From a virus (lineage: Duplodnaviria > Caudoviricetes), in the IMG/VR virus record IMGVR_UViG_3300042462_000200, positions 1,874 through 65,873 of that record: a DNA stretch of 64,000 nucleotides; one strand, given 5' to 3'. The notes below the pieces were generated by a model. That model was not told the DNA's origin. It searched no databases and saw nothing but the letters and a program-made list of their open reading frames with translations. The position numbers and the translations under genes are program-made. Each line of letters starts with the position of its first letter. The stretch's first letter is position 1. Positions 27,969-37,128 of the stretch are shown one piece after another.

Positions 27969-29917
27969 CAATGTGTCTCCAACCAATTATCTCCAAAGGA
28001 ACCAGAGCCATCCATAATACTGACTCCAAATAATTTAGGGCCTTCTTGGAAAGCCTTAATGCCAAGCTCTACTGCACGTTCTGCATACTCTTCTGGTACC
28101 ATTAATTGGAATTCATCATGGTACATAATTAAAGGTTGATACGGAATTTTCTCTTCTTTAAGATACTGTTGTACTAGCATGCAAGCTGCACCACAAGTAA
28201 TCTTCTCTGCGGATTGCAAGAGATACACTAATAGTTTATGAAAGGAATCTACATATACTCTATTATGTGCTAGGCTAGGGATATACCCAAGTCCTCTTTG
28301 TTTCGTTTTACCAAAGATAGCTTCAAGTTTGTCTAAGAGTGCCTTGAATCCTGGCACAGCTTTAATAAACTCTTTTTTAACTTTAGCACCCTTTGTATCA
28401 TTCATTTCACCATTAAACATGTAGCTCCAAAGCTTACCACCTGACGCGCCAAACAAGAAAGCGTATAATACACGCTTAGCACAATTTCTTCTTCTTAATG
28501 CTAAATTCTCTTCTAGCGTATGTTTATCATCTGCTGTCACGCCTTGTTTAGTCCAGTAATCATTCCAATCTATATTAATTGTTTCTTTCAGAATACGATT
28601 GAGAGTGTCTGCATTAAAAGTATGGATATCACCATTAAGTAGAATATCTGTAAAGCCTTCATCTTCTAGGAAATGTGCTAGACCTCTAGCTTGATTACCA
28701 GCGCTATCGCAGCCTACTACTTTCCAACCAGGAATACACTTAAACAATGCTCTCATTTGTTTCCCGTATGGAGCATCAGGGCTAGGAATGTTAACAATAA
28801 TACTATGACGTGAACGCATACTAGGGGTTCCGATAACCATACAGTCCCCATGAAGTCTACCATTGTCATCTACATTCTCCAACCACGTTTTAACGATTGA
28901 GTGTCTTGCCTTTTCAGTTAAGTAATTACTATACAGCTTACCATCACCACCTAAAAATTCTAAACTATCTTCAGTAATCTTAGGTGTTGTTCTTTCACGC
29001 TTTAAATCTTCAGTTAACTTGTAGTTCCAATCTGTTGGTTTCCAACCATGTCTATACAAGAATACTTTTACATCAGTTACAGAATTAAGGCTAAGAGGTT
29101 CAATAGTAATACGGCAGTACTCGCCATCAACAATTCTATCTTCAGGTTCAAAGCCACTCCAAGGATTGACATCAAACCATCTAGCTGTATGCGCATCATA
29201 GCTACCATCCTTTTTGTACTTAGGCTTTTTGGCTTCTACTATGCCAAACTTCTTATCAACAGCAACCACCTTAAGGCCTAGTTTCTTATTCAGAATCTCA
29301 TAAGTACTATTCATCTTGGCTTCGAGTTCATTATAAAGCTCATAAGCTTTATTTGTATCAAAAGGCCATCCATGAAGACTAGCTTCAGCACACCACTTAG
29401 CTACAGCGTGTTCTACCTTAATATATTGTGTCAAGAGTTTAAATTGTTCTGGATACTTCTCTTCACCTTTCTTAAGTTCATCTCGTAAATCTTTTAGGAT
29501 TCTGAAGTTAACCTCTACGTCATTTTCGCAATACTCAGCCATAGTTTCTGAATACTGTGTCCAATCCTCAAATTCTTGTTTAGGATAACCTAGATGTTCA
29601 CCCCATACTTTTAATGAGTGTCCTTTCTCTCCAAAACGTTTGTAGTCTAATACTTGAGAAAGAATTAATGTATCAACTATTTTAGTCTTCTCAGGTACTT
29701 TGTATCCAAACAATTTCTCTAGCACACAAATATCATAACCAATTATATTGTGTCCAATCAGTTGGTTAGCATTATTAAATAGAGTTTTCCAACCGAAGTC
29801 TCCTTCTAAATAGCGTGTTTTCTTTCCTGTACTTAGATCCTTAACGACCATAATCCACATACGTGTTACATTAGGTAAGAGACCATCTGTCTCTACATCG
29901 AATATATAATTCATCAT
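27968..29917 (-). CDS. polA: Family A DNA polymerase (T7-like, with 3'-5' exonuclease)
   Basis: ExoI FDVETDG, ExoII GHNIIGYD, ExoIII YCENDV; motif A GCDSAGNQAR, GDIH, motif B AKRVLYAFLFG, motif C YHDE. Confidence 0.95.
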   Translation of the reverse strand: MMNYIFDVETDGLLPNVTRMWIMVVKDLSTGKKTRYLEGDFGWKTLFNNANQLIGHNIIGYDICVLEKLFGYKVPEKTKIVDTLILSQVLDYKRFGEKGHSLKVWGEHLGYPKQEFEDWTQYSETMAEYCENDVEVNFRILKDLRDELKKGEEKYPEQFKLLTQYIKVEHAVAKWCAEASLHGWPFDTNKAYELYNELEAKMNSTYEILNKKLGLKVVAVDKKFGIVEAKKPKYKKDGSYDAHTARWFDVNPWSGFEPEDRIVDGEYCRITIEPLSLNSVTDVKVFLYRHGWKPTDWNYKLTEDLKRERTTPKITEDSLEFLGGDGKLYSNYLTEKARHSIVKTWLENVDDNGRLHGDCMVIGTPSMRSRHSIIVNIPSPDAPYGKQMRALFKCIPGWKVVGCDSAGNQARGLAHFLEDEGFTDILLNGDIHTFNADTLNRILKETINIDWNDYWTKQGVTADDKHTLEENLALRRRNCAKRVLYAFLFGASGGKLWSYMFNGEMNDTKGAKVKKEFIKAVPGFKALLDKLEAIFGKTKQRGLGYIPSLAHNRVYVDSFHKLLVYLLQSAEKITCGAACMLVQQYLKEEKIPYQPLIMYHDEFQLMVPEEYAERAVELGIKAFQEGPKLFGVSIMDGSGSFGDNWLETH

Positions 29918-29925
29918 AGCCTCGA

Positions 29926-29960
29926 ATAAAAGGCGCTCCGTATTAAACGAAACGCCCTTT
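29926..29960 (-). terminator. Putative intrinsic terminator
   Basis: AAGGGCGUUUCGU..ACGGAGCGCCUUUU hairpin between the DUF3310 gene and polA. Confidence 0.55.
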
Positions 29961-29965
29961 TGTTG

Positions 29966-30466
29966 TTAAATTGAAGATATAATATCTTCGACCTCATCTA
30001 CCATGATTGGTCTGCCTGAAACCTTATACGCAATCAAGTAGTTTAAATACCATCGTGCTTTAAGTAACTCTTGTACTTCATCATCCTTTTGACCATTGCG
30101 ATCAAGGTATTTTCTAATTTGCATTTCTACAGCACCAGAAAATATTTTAGGATCTTTTAGCGTAGGGATACGGCTCATAGTATCAATCCACTGGAATTCC
30201 TCTACGTAGCCTTTATAATGTTTTGGATCTACAGCTTGTACAATTTCAGACTTTGGAAGCCAATGACAGCGATTAAGCATTTCGCGCCAAGCTTCATAAT
30301 CCTCTCTGATTACTAAAGCACCTGCCATAGTATCGTCTTCACTGCGAGTAGCTCTTATATGTCCAAAATCACCCATAATAGCGTTAATAGGTATTAGATT
30401 GAAATCAGAATACTGAGAGCCTTCACTGCCATCTTCATTAATAACTGTATAGAGATAGCGTGACAT
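29966..30466 (-). CDS. DUF3310 (T7 gp1.7-like nucleotide kinase) protein
   Basis: VDPKHY, KYLDR.G.K....QELLKARWYL. Confidence 0.75.
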   Translation of the reverse strand: MSRYLYTVINEDGSEGSQYSDFNLIPINAIMGDFGHIRATRSEDDTMAGALVIREDYEAWREMLNRCHWLPKSEIVQAVDPKHYKGYVEEFQWIDTMSRIPTLKDPKIFSGAVEMQIRKYLDRNGQKDDEVQELLKARWYLNYLIAYKVSGRPIMVDEVEDIISSI

Positions 30467-30936
30467 TAGAATACATCCCCATCTTCATACTCAATAGCAG
30501 CCGGAGGGAAATCACCAGACTTTTTAGGTGTATACTCAATTAACTTGACAATTTGTATCGCCATTAATAGATAACTTATTGCAGGCTTACCAGCTTTATT
30601 TACGTATTCCCGTTCAAATAATCTGACATTTACGATACTACCATTACCAATATTATCTTTTGGCAATGGATTATCGTCCATATCTACAACACTAATAGGT
30701 GTGCTAGGCTCTCCCGTAAACTTTGTTACATTCTTGCCTACGTTAAATTTCCAAGCTATCTGACCTTCATTAGTTGTAAATGGAGTAACTTTAATCCCCA
30801 TATTTGCAATTTCTTTTGCTTGTGTCTCTTTTTTAGTCACTAGCATAGCAGACCATTTAGGTTTACTTGGATCATAATTATTTTTACCTTTTACAAGGTT
30901 TGGGTGGTGTATTTCCAAATTATATAAATTTGCCAT
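30466..30936 (-). CDS. Single-stranded DNA-binding protein (T7 gp2.5-like)
   Basis: IGNGS.VNV, L.AIQIVKLIEY, acidic C-terminal tail ending in Phe (EYEDGDVF). Confidence 0.8.
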   Translation of the reverse strand: MANLYNLEIHHPNLVKGKNNYDPSKPKWSAMLVTKKETQAKEIANMGIKVTPFTTNEGQIAWKFNVGKNVTKFTGEPSTPISVVDMDDNPLPKDNIGNGSIVNVRLFEREYVNKAGKPAISYLLMAIQIVKLIEYTPKKSGDFPPAAIEYEDGDVF

Positions 30937-30965
30937 TTTTAAATCTCATGTATAAATGTTTAGAA

Positions 30966-30982
30966 GGGGTTAATTTAACGGG
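30966..30982 (-). promoter_or_regulatory. Motif A copy
   Basis: Invariant 16-mer directly upstream of the SSB/replication operon. Confidence 0.7.
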
Positions 30983-30984
30983 GT

Positions 30985-31356
30985 CTAGCAATTCGAAAGA
31001 TCAATACTTTCGGACACATGATCGTTAAGGTCTGCAATTGCAGGTGGTATATAATAAATAGCACCTCCTAAATCAGAAGTAACATTCATGACTTTTACCC
31101 AGTCACCTGCAAATCTCTCAGCCATGTCAAATGAACCTGGCATAGTAAGTAATGTACCATTTCCATGATCTAAGTCATATACTTCGATACTTTCTAATTC
31201 TGCTTCTTCTTCAAGGATGTATACGTTACCACCTAGTTCATCCATCAGCTCATGGTGACTTGCTAGGTCACTGATAAAAGGTTTTAGATCATCAAGTACA
31301 TCTTTATAACTTCCGGGTAATATACGCACATCATAAACGGTTTTCAAGACTAGCAT
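30985..31356 (-). CDS. Acidic hypothetical protein
   Basis: 123 aa with AGGAG RBS. Confidence 0.6.
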   Translation of the reverse strand: MLVLKTVYDVRILPGSYKDVLDDLKPFISDLASHHELMDELGGNVYILEEEAELESIEVYDLDHGNGTLLTMPGSFDMAERFAGDWVKVMNVTSDLGGAIYYIPPAIADLNDHVSESIDLSNC

Positions 31357-31645
31357 GTAGCTTCTCCTTAAATTGGATAATTTTAATTGCAGTTAACTTA
31401 TAATTATCTGCTTCATGATCTTCAGGCATTCCTATTATAGCCCCAAGTAAAGTTAATAAGTGTAATAGCTCAAGGCTTTCATCGTTAGTGAAGGCTGTCA
31501 TCAGATCTTTTACCTAGTGTTGTTAAAATTAATCGTGCTTCTAACTCAGCACAATGTTCTTTGTATCGCATAAGCTCTTGTAGAACTTTGCCTAATCGAT
31601 ACGTAGCTAGTACAGCGTAGGCAATTATGATATAGTCCCACGCAC

Positions 31646-31915
31646 TCATAGCGCTAATGCCATGACTTGATCTACTGTTAAATACAAAGGCTTTGCTACT
31701 CTATCAGCTTCTACCATTTTATCAAGCTCCCTTCTGGCTTTTATTGCTGTAGCATACGGATGATCTACATCAGGGTCTCGGAGAGCCCTATCGAACATGT
31801 CGCCATTAGCCAATGTGAAATCTTCTGTACCCCACGTAGCATCCATGTATTCTTCAAAATCATTCCCTTCTGAATATAGTACATATTGTACTGTTGCATA
31901 TAAATCTTCGTACAT
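31646..31915 (-). CDS. Hypothetical protein
   Basis: 89-aa ORF in operon context. Confidence 0.55.
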   Translation of the reverse strand: MYEDLYATVQYVLYSEGNDFEEYMDATWGTEDFTLANGDMFDRALRDPDVDHPYATAIKARRELDKMVEADRVAKPLYLTVDQVMALAL

Positions 31916-31923
31916 AAAATATC

Positions 31924-32298
31924 CTAATAGAAAACTAAGTCATCAATTCTAACCAACGGTACATTAGTTTTGAATCGCCTGCCTAATTGCCAGTTATTAA
32001 AATGCTTATACTTACCTCGTAATAAAGGTGTTCTAAGCTGTTTGAAAAGCATTTTTCGCGCCAGCTTCTGCTGATGCTCAAAAACTTCAACGTCCGCCGG
32101 ACTCTTAGGATTTGGTATCTTAACACCTTTCCTAGCCCAAGAGAACAGCCCTTTCTTTTTCAATGTGTCATACATAGTTTTGCCATTCTCTGTATTCTCC
32201 ATCAATACTTGACCGACACCTAGCATGGCATCGGACGTTTGGTTTCTAGCCTCGAAGTACATTGCAGCAACGAGACATAGTGTTGGTGTCATTAACAT
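31924..32298 (-). CDS. Cell-wall hydrolase, SleB/Hydrolase_2-like
   Basis: CL..AMYFEARNQ....GVGQV..N, FSW, I.D.VFY. Confidence 0.75.
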   Translation of the reverse strand: MLMTPTLCLVAAMYFEARNQTSDAMLGVGQVLMENTENGKTMYDTLKKKGLFSWARKGVKIPNPKSPADVEVFEHQQKLARKMLFKQLRTPLLRGKYKHFNNWQLGRRFKTNVPLVRIDDLVFY

Positions 32299-32321
32299 GA
32301 CGACCTCCTTCTGTCAGTTGT

Positions 32322-32348
32322 GGGTAGTTAAGAAGCATACCCAGGCTT
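32322..32348 (-). ncRNA. H-type pseudoknot element, copy 2
   Basis: AAGC-CU-GGGUA-U-GCUU-CUUAAC-UACCC; same layout as 37129-37157 with compensatory changes. Confidence 0.55.
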
Positions 32349-32355
32349 TTAAAGA

Positions 32356-32826
32356 TTAATATTGTGAAATGTAAGCAAGCCAATTACTATCTTCAACGCT
32401 ATCAATGCGCCATGTTGTTGTAGTGCCATTTGGTAGCACAACACGATAATGTAAATAGAAATCTCTAATTGTATTATCATCTTGCAGTATTTGCACTTCA
32501 GCACTAAGTCCTGTCCCTTTACCTACTACAGTAGAGTACGACACATCAAACACAAAGCCTACATCATTTGTAGCTAGGTGATGTTTATAACAAGTACCAT
32601 TAGCTAAGATTTCTCTTAGGTACATATTAATCACATTATTAACATATGCTAAGACTTCTGTAGAGAACTTTTCTGTTGCTGGCTCTCTTGTGTATGTCAT
32701 AGCCTTATTAATAATCTCAACTACAGTTTCTTCTGGTCCCGAAGCAGCTGCATTTAAGAAAGCTGGATTAGCCACTCCCGTTGAACCTGATTCAATTTTG
32801 TGTAAAGGTGTTCTTAAGATCTTCAT
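32356..32826 (-). CDS. Hypothetical protein
   Basis: 156 aa, GGAG RBS, ATGA overlap. Confidence 0.6.
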   Translation of the reverse strand: MKILRTPLHKIESGSTGVANPAFLNAAASGPEETVVEIINKAMTYTREPATEKFSTEVLAYVNNVINMYLREILANGTCYKHHLATNDVGFVFDVSYSTVVGKGTGLSAEVQILQDDNTIRDFYLHYRVVLPNGTTTTWRIDSVEDSNWLAYISQY

Positions 32827-33029
32827 GACAATTCTCCTCTGGTTAATAAATAATGTGCTTCTCCTGGCAGGTTTGCAAAACCAGTAAGAGAAATAATTTC
32901 AGCTACCCTCCATCCGGCTTTTAGCATTTCATTGAGTTGCTCTATATGCTCTGGATTACCCTGTACGACAAGAAGTATTCTATCTTGTGGCTCTTTATTA
33001 ATACCGCCTGTAAACATTGTTAAAGCCAT
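32823..33029 (-). CDS. Hypothetical protein
   Basis: 68 aa; LNEML..GW.V motif. Confidence 0.55.
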   Translation of the reverse strand: MALTMFTGGINKEPQDRILLVVQGNPEHIEQLNEMLKAGWRVAEIISLTGFANLPGEAHYLLTRGELS

Positions 33030-33352
33030 TTTAATTCCTCACTTCTATAGCCATACCAGCGATGTATGGGCGTTAAGGGAACACTAAGAAAACGAATTAT
33101 ATCTGTTTGCAAAACTGTAGGCTGTGGCTTACGCGGCAGTCTTCTCTTGTAGTTACCAGCAGCCTGTAGATCAGATAGCTTAAATAAACCTGCAAAATTC
33201 TTACCAACCTTTTTAAACTGATAAGGTCTGACACCTATCAAGGTTAACCTGTGACTCAATGTTTGATAGCATACTTCAAACTCGATACTCTCTAAATACT
33301 CACGAATTGTCATTAGCTGCATTCTTAAACCTCTATGCGAAAGCATATTCAC
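33020..33352 (-). CDS. Basic hypothetical protein, possibly DNA-binding
   Basis: MTIREY...V.YQTL..RL helix-turn-helix-like start; K/R-rich; directly after RNAP. Confidence 0.45.
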   Translation of the reverse strand: MNMLSHRGLRMQLMTIREYLESIEFEVCYQTLSHRLTLIGVRPYQFKKVGKNFAGLFKLSDLQAAGNYKRRLPRKPQPTVLQTDIIRFLSVPLTPIHRWYGYRSEELKWL

Positions 33353-35552
33353 TTTCTAAAATTAAATTAACATCCAGTTCGCCCATATCTAAATAACTTA
33401 GATCACCATTGATATTATCGATTAGGGGGAACAAAGGATTTTCTTGGTAAAGCTCGACAAAAGTATCACGCACACATTTATATAGCTTAGGCATATCTGC
33501 AAGCAGGCATCCATAAGAATCATGTATAGTCGTAATGGGAAAATCACACTTAACTGTTGTCATTGCTAAGTGCGCTGCATCCAATGAATGGATTACATTT
33601 GGTGCTGCTCCTTGAGACTGCTTTCCTTTTGAGGGTACTTGATCCTCAATAAAACATATATGTAATTGTAGATCATTTCCAAAGTATCCCGTGGTTTCGC
33701 TTCTAGTACCAATTCTAGGGCCCCATTGGATATGTATCTTTTTAGTACGACCTTCTGTGTAATTTTGTACTACAGGGAAATTTGTAACAGGTACTGTCCA
33801 TTCTAAGAATTTACCTTTCTTCTCAGCAGCTGCTCCAGCTTTCTCAAATACTTCTAATAGCATCATAGGCCTTTGCAAAGATTCTTTAGCATCTTCAAAT
33901 ACTAACCTCCCCATCCATGATGCCCATTTATGTTCCATATTCATTAACAACTCTATACCATGCTTCTTAGAGTCATCAATTTGTTGCTCTGACAAGCCAT
34001 AACCTGAACCTCCATACGGTAACGTCATTACATTTCTTTTAACAATTTTTCTACGTTGCTTGCTATCTTTAATTCTATGCCAAAATACTGGAGAAGCCTT
34101 TTCACCGACATCTGTCCATTTTGTTTTGTATGCTCTTATCTGTGACACTAATTGACTACGTAACTCTGATTTAGGTTCAGCAGCGACAATCTTTCTTTTT
34201 AACGCTATTAATCCATCAATAAACTCTTCGCACTCTAGTACTAAACTTGGTGACATTGCATTTACAATAGTCGAGATTTTACTCCATACATGATTAGCTA
34301 CGTATGCATATAGATCTCCAGGCATCTCTAGTGGTACTAAATTAACATACGGTGCTGTAATTTCGTCTCTAGTAAGAGCACTTAGATGCTGTGAGCCATT
34401 AGTAGAACCGTCAATGAAACACTCCACGTGAGACTCATACTGAAGATAACTAGAGCCCATACTTAACGCGTTCTTAAGCTCAATACAGGCAGCTAGGAAT
34501 TGCCAAGGCTTATCAGCTTCCATCCAGCCTTGATTTAATTTAGGTGAGAGTGCATACGCTGTTAATATTTCTTCATTGTCTAGTACCCATTGATATCTAT
34601 CTTTTAGTGGTATTTTATCTGTCTTAGCACCATCTTCTCTGCCTGAACTACCTGCCCAATTACTAGCAATTGATACACATAACCAAAAGAACCCATCTTG
34701 TCCAATAGCTTTCTTATCTTGACGCATTAAGAGACCCTTTGCAATATCAGAAGATTGTTCATGTAGATACGCTGTAGTTGGGTATTTACGACCTCTGAAG
34801 TCTAAATAGTACAAATGATAGAAAGGAATATCAGTAAACTTGTCTGCAATACTAAGAATAGCTTTAGTCTCTCTTAGTTTAGTTGTACGTGCCTGTGGAT
34901 TATGCTGTTCCCAAATATCGCTGAATGCTTCTGTTTTATTACTCAAGGCCCATTTAGCCACATTATAGACTTCTTTGTTAATTAACCAACCTACTCTTTG
35001 ACTTCTATTAATAGATTCAAATACAATTGGATGTGTTTCAGGTGTTAAGCTTTCTGCTACAACTCTTGATTGTGTCTTAACTAATACGGCACCTGCCTCG
35101 TGTCTAAAGCTTGTCCAATTTGCATATGGTGTTGCTGAGGGTAGTTTGCCTTTACCGCCTTGTCTTGATACTGTTTCCCATAGCTCCTGCATACTCTTTT
35201 CATCTACGACTTTAACTACGTATGTACCATGCCCATTAGCTGCACTAGTCATTACTATCTCTGTAAGGCCTAATTCTGCAAATGAGTATAAAATAAAAGC
35301 ACCACATCTAGCTGCTGTAGCTGAATCCTTCTTTTCGCCTTTTCGCATATTGTGACCAATGGCACAAATTACTTCTGACATTATAATTTCCTTGTCAGAA
35401 CCCTTTTTGGGTCTTGTGTACAAATATGTATTTGCAATAATCTCATCTAGATGCTCTTCTATCTCAAGCTTCTTTAAAAACTTTATTGGAGATTGGGGTG
35501 CAATTTCTACAGCAATTCTTGTACGTAAAGACTTTAATAACTTATTCCGCAT
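33333..35552 (-). CDS. Single-subunit (T7/T3-type) DNA-dependent RNA polymerase
   Basis: DFRGRKY, PWQFLA.C.E, motif A DGSTNGSQH, motif B RKIVKRNVMTLPYG, APNVIHSLDAAHL, motif C IHDSYG. Confidence 0.97.
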   Translation of the reverse strand: MRNKLLKSLRTRIAVEIAPQSPIKFLKKLEIEEHLDEIIANTYLYTRPKKGSDKEIIMSEVICAIGHNMRKGEKKDSATAARCGAFILYSFAELGLTEIVMTSAANGHGTYVVKVVDEKSMQELWETVSRQGGKGKLPSATPYANWTSFRHEAGAVLVKTQSRVVAESLTPETHPIVFESINRSQRVGWLINKEVYNVAKWALSNKTEAFSDIWEQHNPQARTTKLRETKAILSIADKFTDIPFYHLYYLDFRGRKYPTTAYLHEQSSDIAKGLLMRQDKKAIGQDGFFWLCVSIASNWAGSSGREDGAKTDKIPLKDRYQWVLDNEEILTAYALSPKLNQGWMEADKPWQFLAACIELKNALSMGSSYLQYESHVECFIDGSTNGSQHLSALTRDEITAPYVNLVPLEMPGDLYAYVANHVWSKISTIVNAMSPSLVLECEEFIDGLIALKRKIVAAEPKSELRSQLVSQIRAYKTKWTDVGEKASPVFWHRIKDSKQRRKIVKRNVMTLPYGGSGYGLSEQQIDDSKKHGIELLMNMEHKWASWMGRLVFEDAKESLQRPMMLLEVFEKAGAAAEKKGKFLEWTVPVTNFPVVQNYTEGRTKKIHIQWGPRIGTRSETTGYFGNDLQLHICFIEDQVPSKGKQSQGAAPNVIHSLDAAHLAMTTVKCDFPITTIHDSYGCLLADMPKLYKCVRDTFVELYQENPLFPLIDNINGDLSYLDMGELDVNLILESEYAFA

Positions 35553-35631
35553 TATGATTCCTAGGTAGTATTAAGGTTAAAAGGATAAACATCGTAAATG
35601 TTTCAATACGAATGCCATTAAATAAAATTAA

Positions 35632-35724
35632 AGCACATAACAGAATCGAATCCTGTAGAATATTCTTCATAGCTGTCCTAGTAGGCTACAAAGATTCGAT
35701 GCCCGAAGGCATCAGTTATGAGCT
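35632..35724 (-). ncRNA. Structured RNA element in the RNAP leader (function unknown)
   Basis: Outer stem AGCUCAUAAC/GUUAUGUGCU encloses GAUGCC-UUCG-GGCAUC and GAAUCUUUGUAG/CUACAGGAUUC. Confidence 0.45.
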
Positions 35725-35752
35725 AAGGTTACAAAGTTTGCAGTTTGAAAGA

Positions 35753-35809
35753 AAAAAAAAAATAAGAGAGAAAGCCCTCCCCAGCTCCCGAAGGAGCCAG
35801 AGAGGGTTT
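35753..35809 (-). terminator. Long cUUCGg hairpin plus U-run at the end of the early region
   Basis: CCCUCUCUGGCUCC-UUCG-GGAGCUGGGGAGGG then CUUA and a long U-run; same design as 15548-15627. Confidence 0.75.
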
Positions 35810-35812
35810 GTT

Positions 35813-36130
35813 TTACACAGTTTCTATAAATCTTGGTTTGTACCTATTAACCAAGGTTAAAAGCCTTGGAATTTTTTCCTTTAACACATAAAATGGTATT
35901 GGAATTGTTCCTGTTAAATCTGCTACAGCTACTACATCTGCGAAGTCCCATCCGAAACCACACATGAATTTTTCTACATCTTCCATTACAACCAATTGAC
36001 TTGCGTCAACTTCACGCACCGTTTGTCTATATACTAATGGAGATAAGAATAGATCACCAGGAGCTTCTTCATTTAAAACCTTTTCAGTTGCAACTGGATA
36101 GAAACCTTGAAGTCTTATATTAGCTACCAT
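35813..36130 (-). CDS. Early-region hypothetical protein
   Basis: 105 aa, GGAG RBS. Confidence 0.55.
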   Translation of the reverse strand: MVANIRLQGFYPVATEKVLNEEAPGDLFLSPLVYRQTVREVDASQLVVMEDVEKFMCGFGWDFADVVAVADLTGTIPIPFYVLKEKIPRLLTLVNRYKPRFIETV

Positions 36131-36293
36131 TTGTAAATCTCCGTGTCAATTCAGATACTTGGTACCCTATGATTAGCAATAATACAGCGATTAATAATAA
36201 CGCTACTTTGTAAAGAAGCGCACCTACATACAACATTGTAATTGCTACTAAAATAGTTAGCAATGTATAGAAAGCAAATTTTAATTTCATAAA

Positions 36294-36551
36294 TCACCAA
36301 AAAACTGAAGGATGCATGATTGCATATACTAAGTTACAACCAGAAGTTATAACAATTGATACCCAGAAGATCAATTCCCACAAGTTGATAACAACAATGT
36401 GCGCATGATTCTTTCTGGCTTGACGTACTTTGAAGTAACCAACAATGGTTAATGCAAACGTTACAATCATAATTAAACCCATAGGGCTTAACAGTGTTTC
36501 CATAAAGATTTCAAATGGAGACATGAACAAGTGTGAAATAAAAGTAAACAT
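36294..36551 (-). CDS. Early-region membrane protein
   Basis: Two hydrophobic helices, GAGG RBS. Confidence 0.55.
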   Translation of the reverse strand: MFTFISHLFMSPFEIFMETLLSPMGLIMIVTFALTIVGYFKVRQARKNHAHIVVINLWELIFWVSIVITSGCNLVYAIMHPSVFW

Positions 36552-36562
36552 AATAATATCCT

Positions 36563-36883
36563 CTATGCGAAATCTTCGCCATTAAATTTTCGTTGTAGTT
36601 TTTCGATCTGCTCTTCAAGATCTTTAGCTTTTTGATTAGCTTCTTCTGTTGGGATTTCAAACGTAGGCTTTCCGCCAATGTTGATTGTAAAGACAGGCGT
36701 TTGAAGCACATTAACCATCTCATTAAGAACTTTGAGCAGTCTTTGTACATTGGCTTTGTCTCCAGCCTTCTCGCTCTCTTCTAACTGTCTTTCCATCTCT
36801 TTGACAGCTTCATAGCTCATATCCGAAATATTAAGCCAAGCTATAATTGCATCGTCAACCTTTTTCAGCAGTTTATTAAGCAT
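36563..36883 (-). CDS. Early-region coiled-coil protein
   Basis: 106 aa; overlaps the upstream stop. Confidence 0.55.
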   Translation of the reverse strand: MLNKLLKKVDDAIIAWLNISDMSYEAVKEMERQLEESEKAGDKANVQRLLKVLNEMVNVLQTPVFTINIGGKPTFEIPTEEANQKAKDLEEQIEKLQRKFNGEDFA

Positions 36884-37052
36884 GACGTTCTCTCGCTAAT
36901 CTTTCAAGTTTCATTACTAAAGCTTTCGCTTCAAGCTTAGCTACTAGCTCATCAGCAGCCTGTTGATCTTCTCTCCAAGCATTTAAAAGCTCTCTAGCTT
37001 CATCAGTTGTTTTTCTGTCAGTTAAGAAATAATCTTTAATTTTACTAAACAT
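36876..37052 (-). CDS. Early-region small protein downstream of the ribozyme (58 aa)
   Basis: TTGGAGTATTACC-ATG RBS cassette places the start at 37052 (MFSKIKDY...). Confidence 0.6.
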   Translation of the reverse strand: MFSKIKDYFLTDRKTTDEARELLNAWREDQQAADELVAKLEAKALVMKLERLARERHA

Positions 37053-37071
37053 GGTAATACTCCAAATAATT

Positions 37072-37128
37072 AAGTGTTTCGGTTCTTTTGAACCATCATC
37101 AGTATGGGATACACATCCCTTAGACACT
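37072..37128 (-). ncRNA. Type III hammerhead ribozyme
   Basis: AGUGUC^UAAGGGAU-GUGU-AUCCCAUA-CUGAUGA-U-GGUUC-AAAA-GAACC-GAAACACU: intact CUGAUGA/GAAA core, three stems, GUC cleavage triplet; predicted cut between 37123 and 37122. Confidence 0.85.

Noticed and set aside
31474-31504. CUGAUGA...GAAAG on the minus strand
   Set aside because: No stem II between the core halves; it is the TGATG stop/start junction of small ORFs
35690-35716. CUGAUG...GAA resembling a second hammerhead core in the RNAP leader
   Set aside because: Reads CUGAUGC rather than CUGAUGA, has GAAU instead of GAAA, and the bases are tied up in a UUCG hairpin
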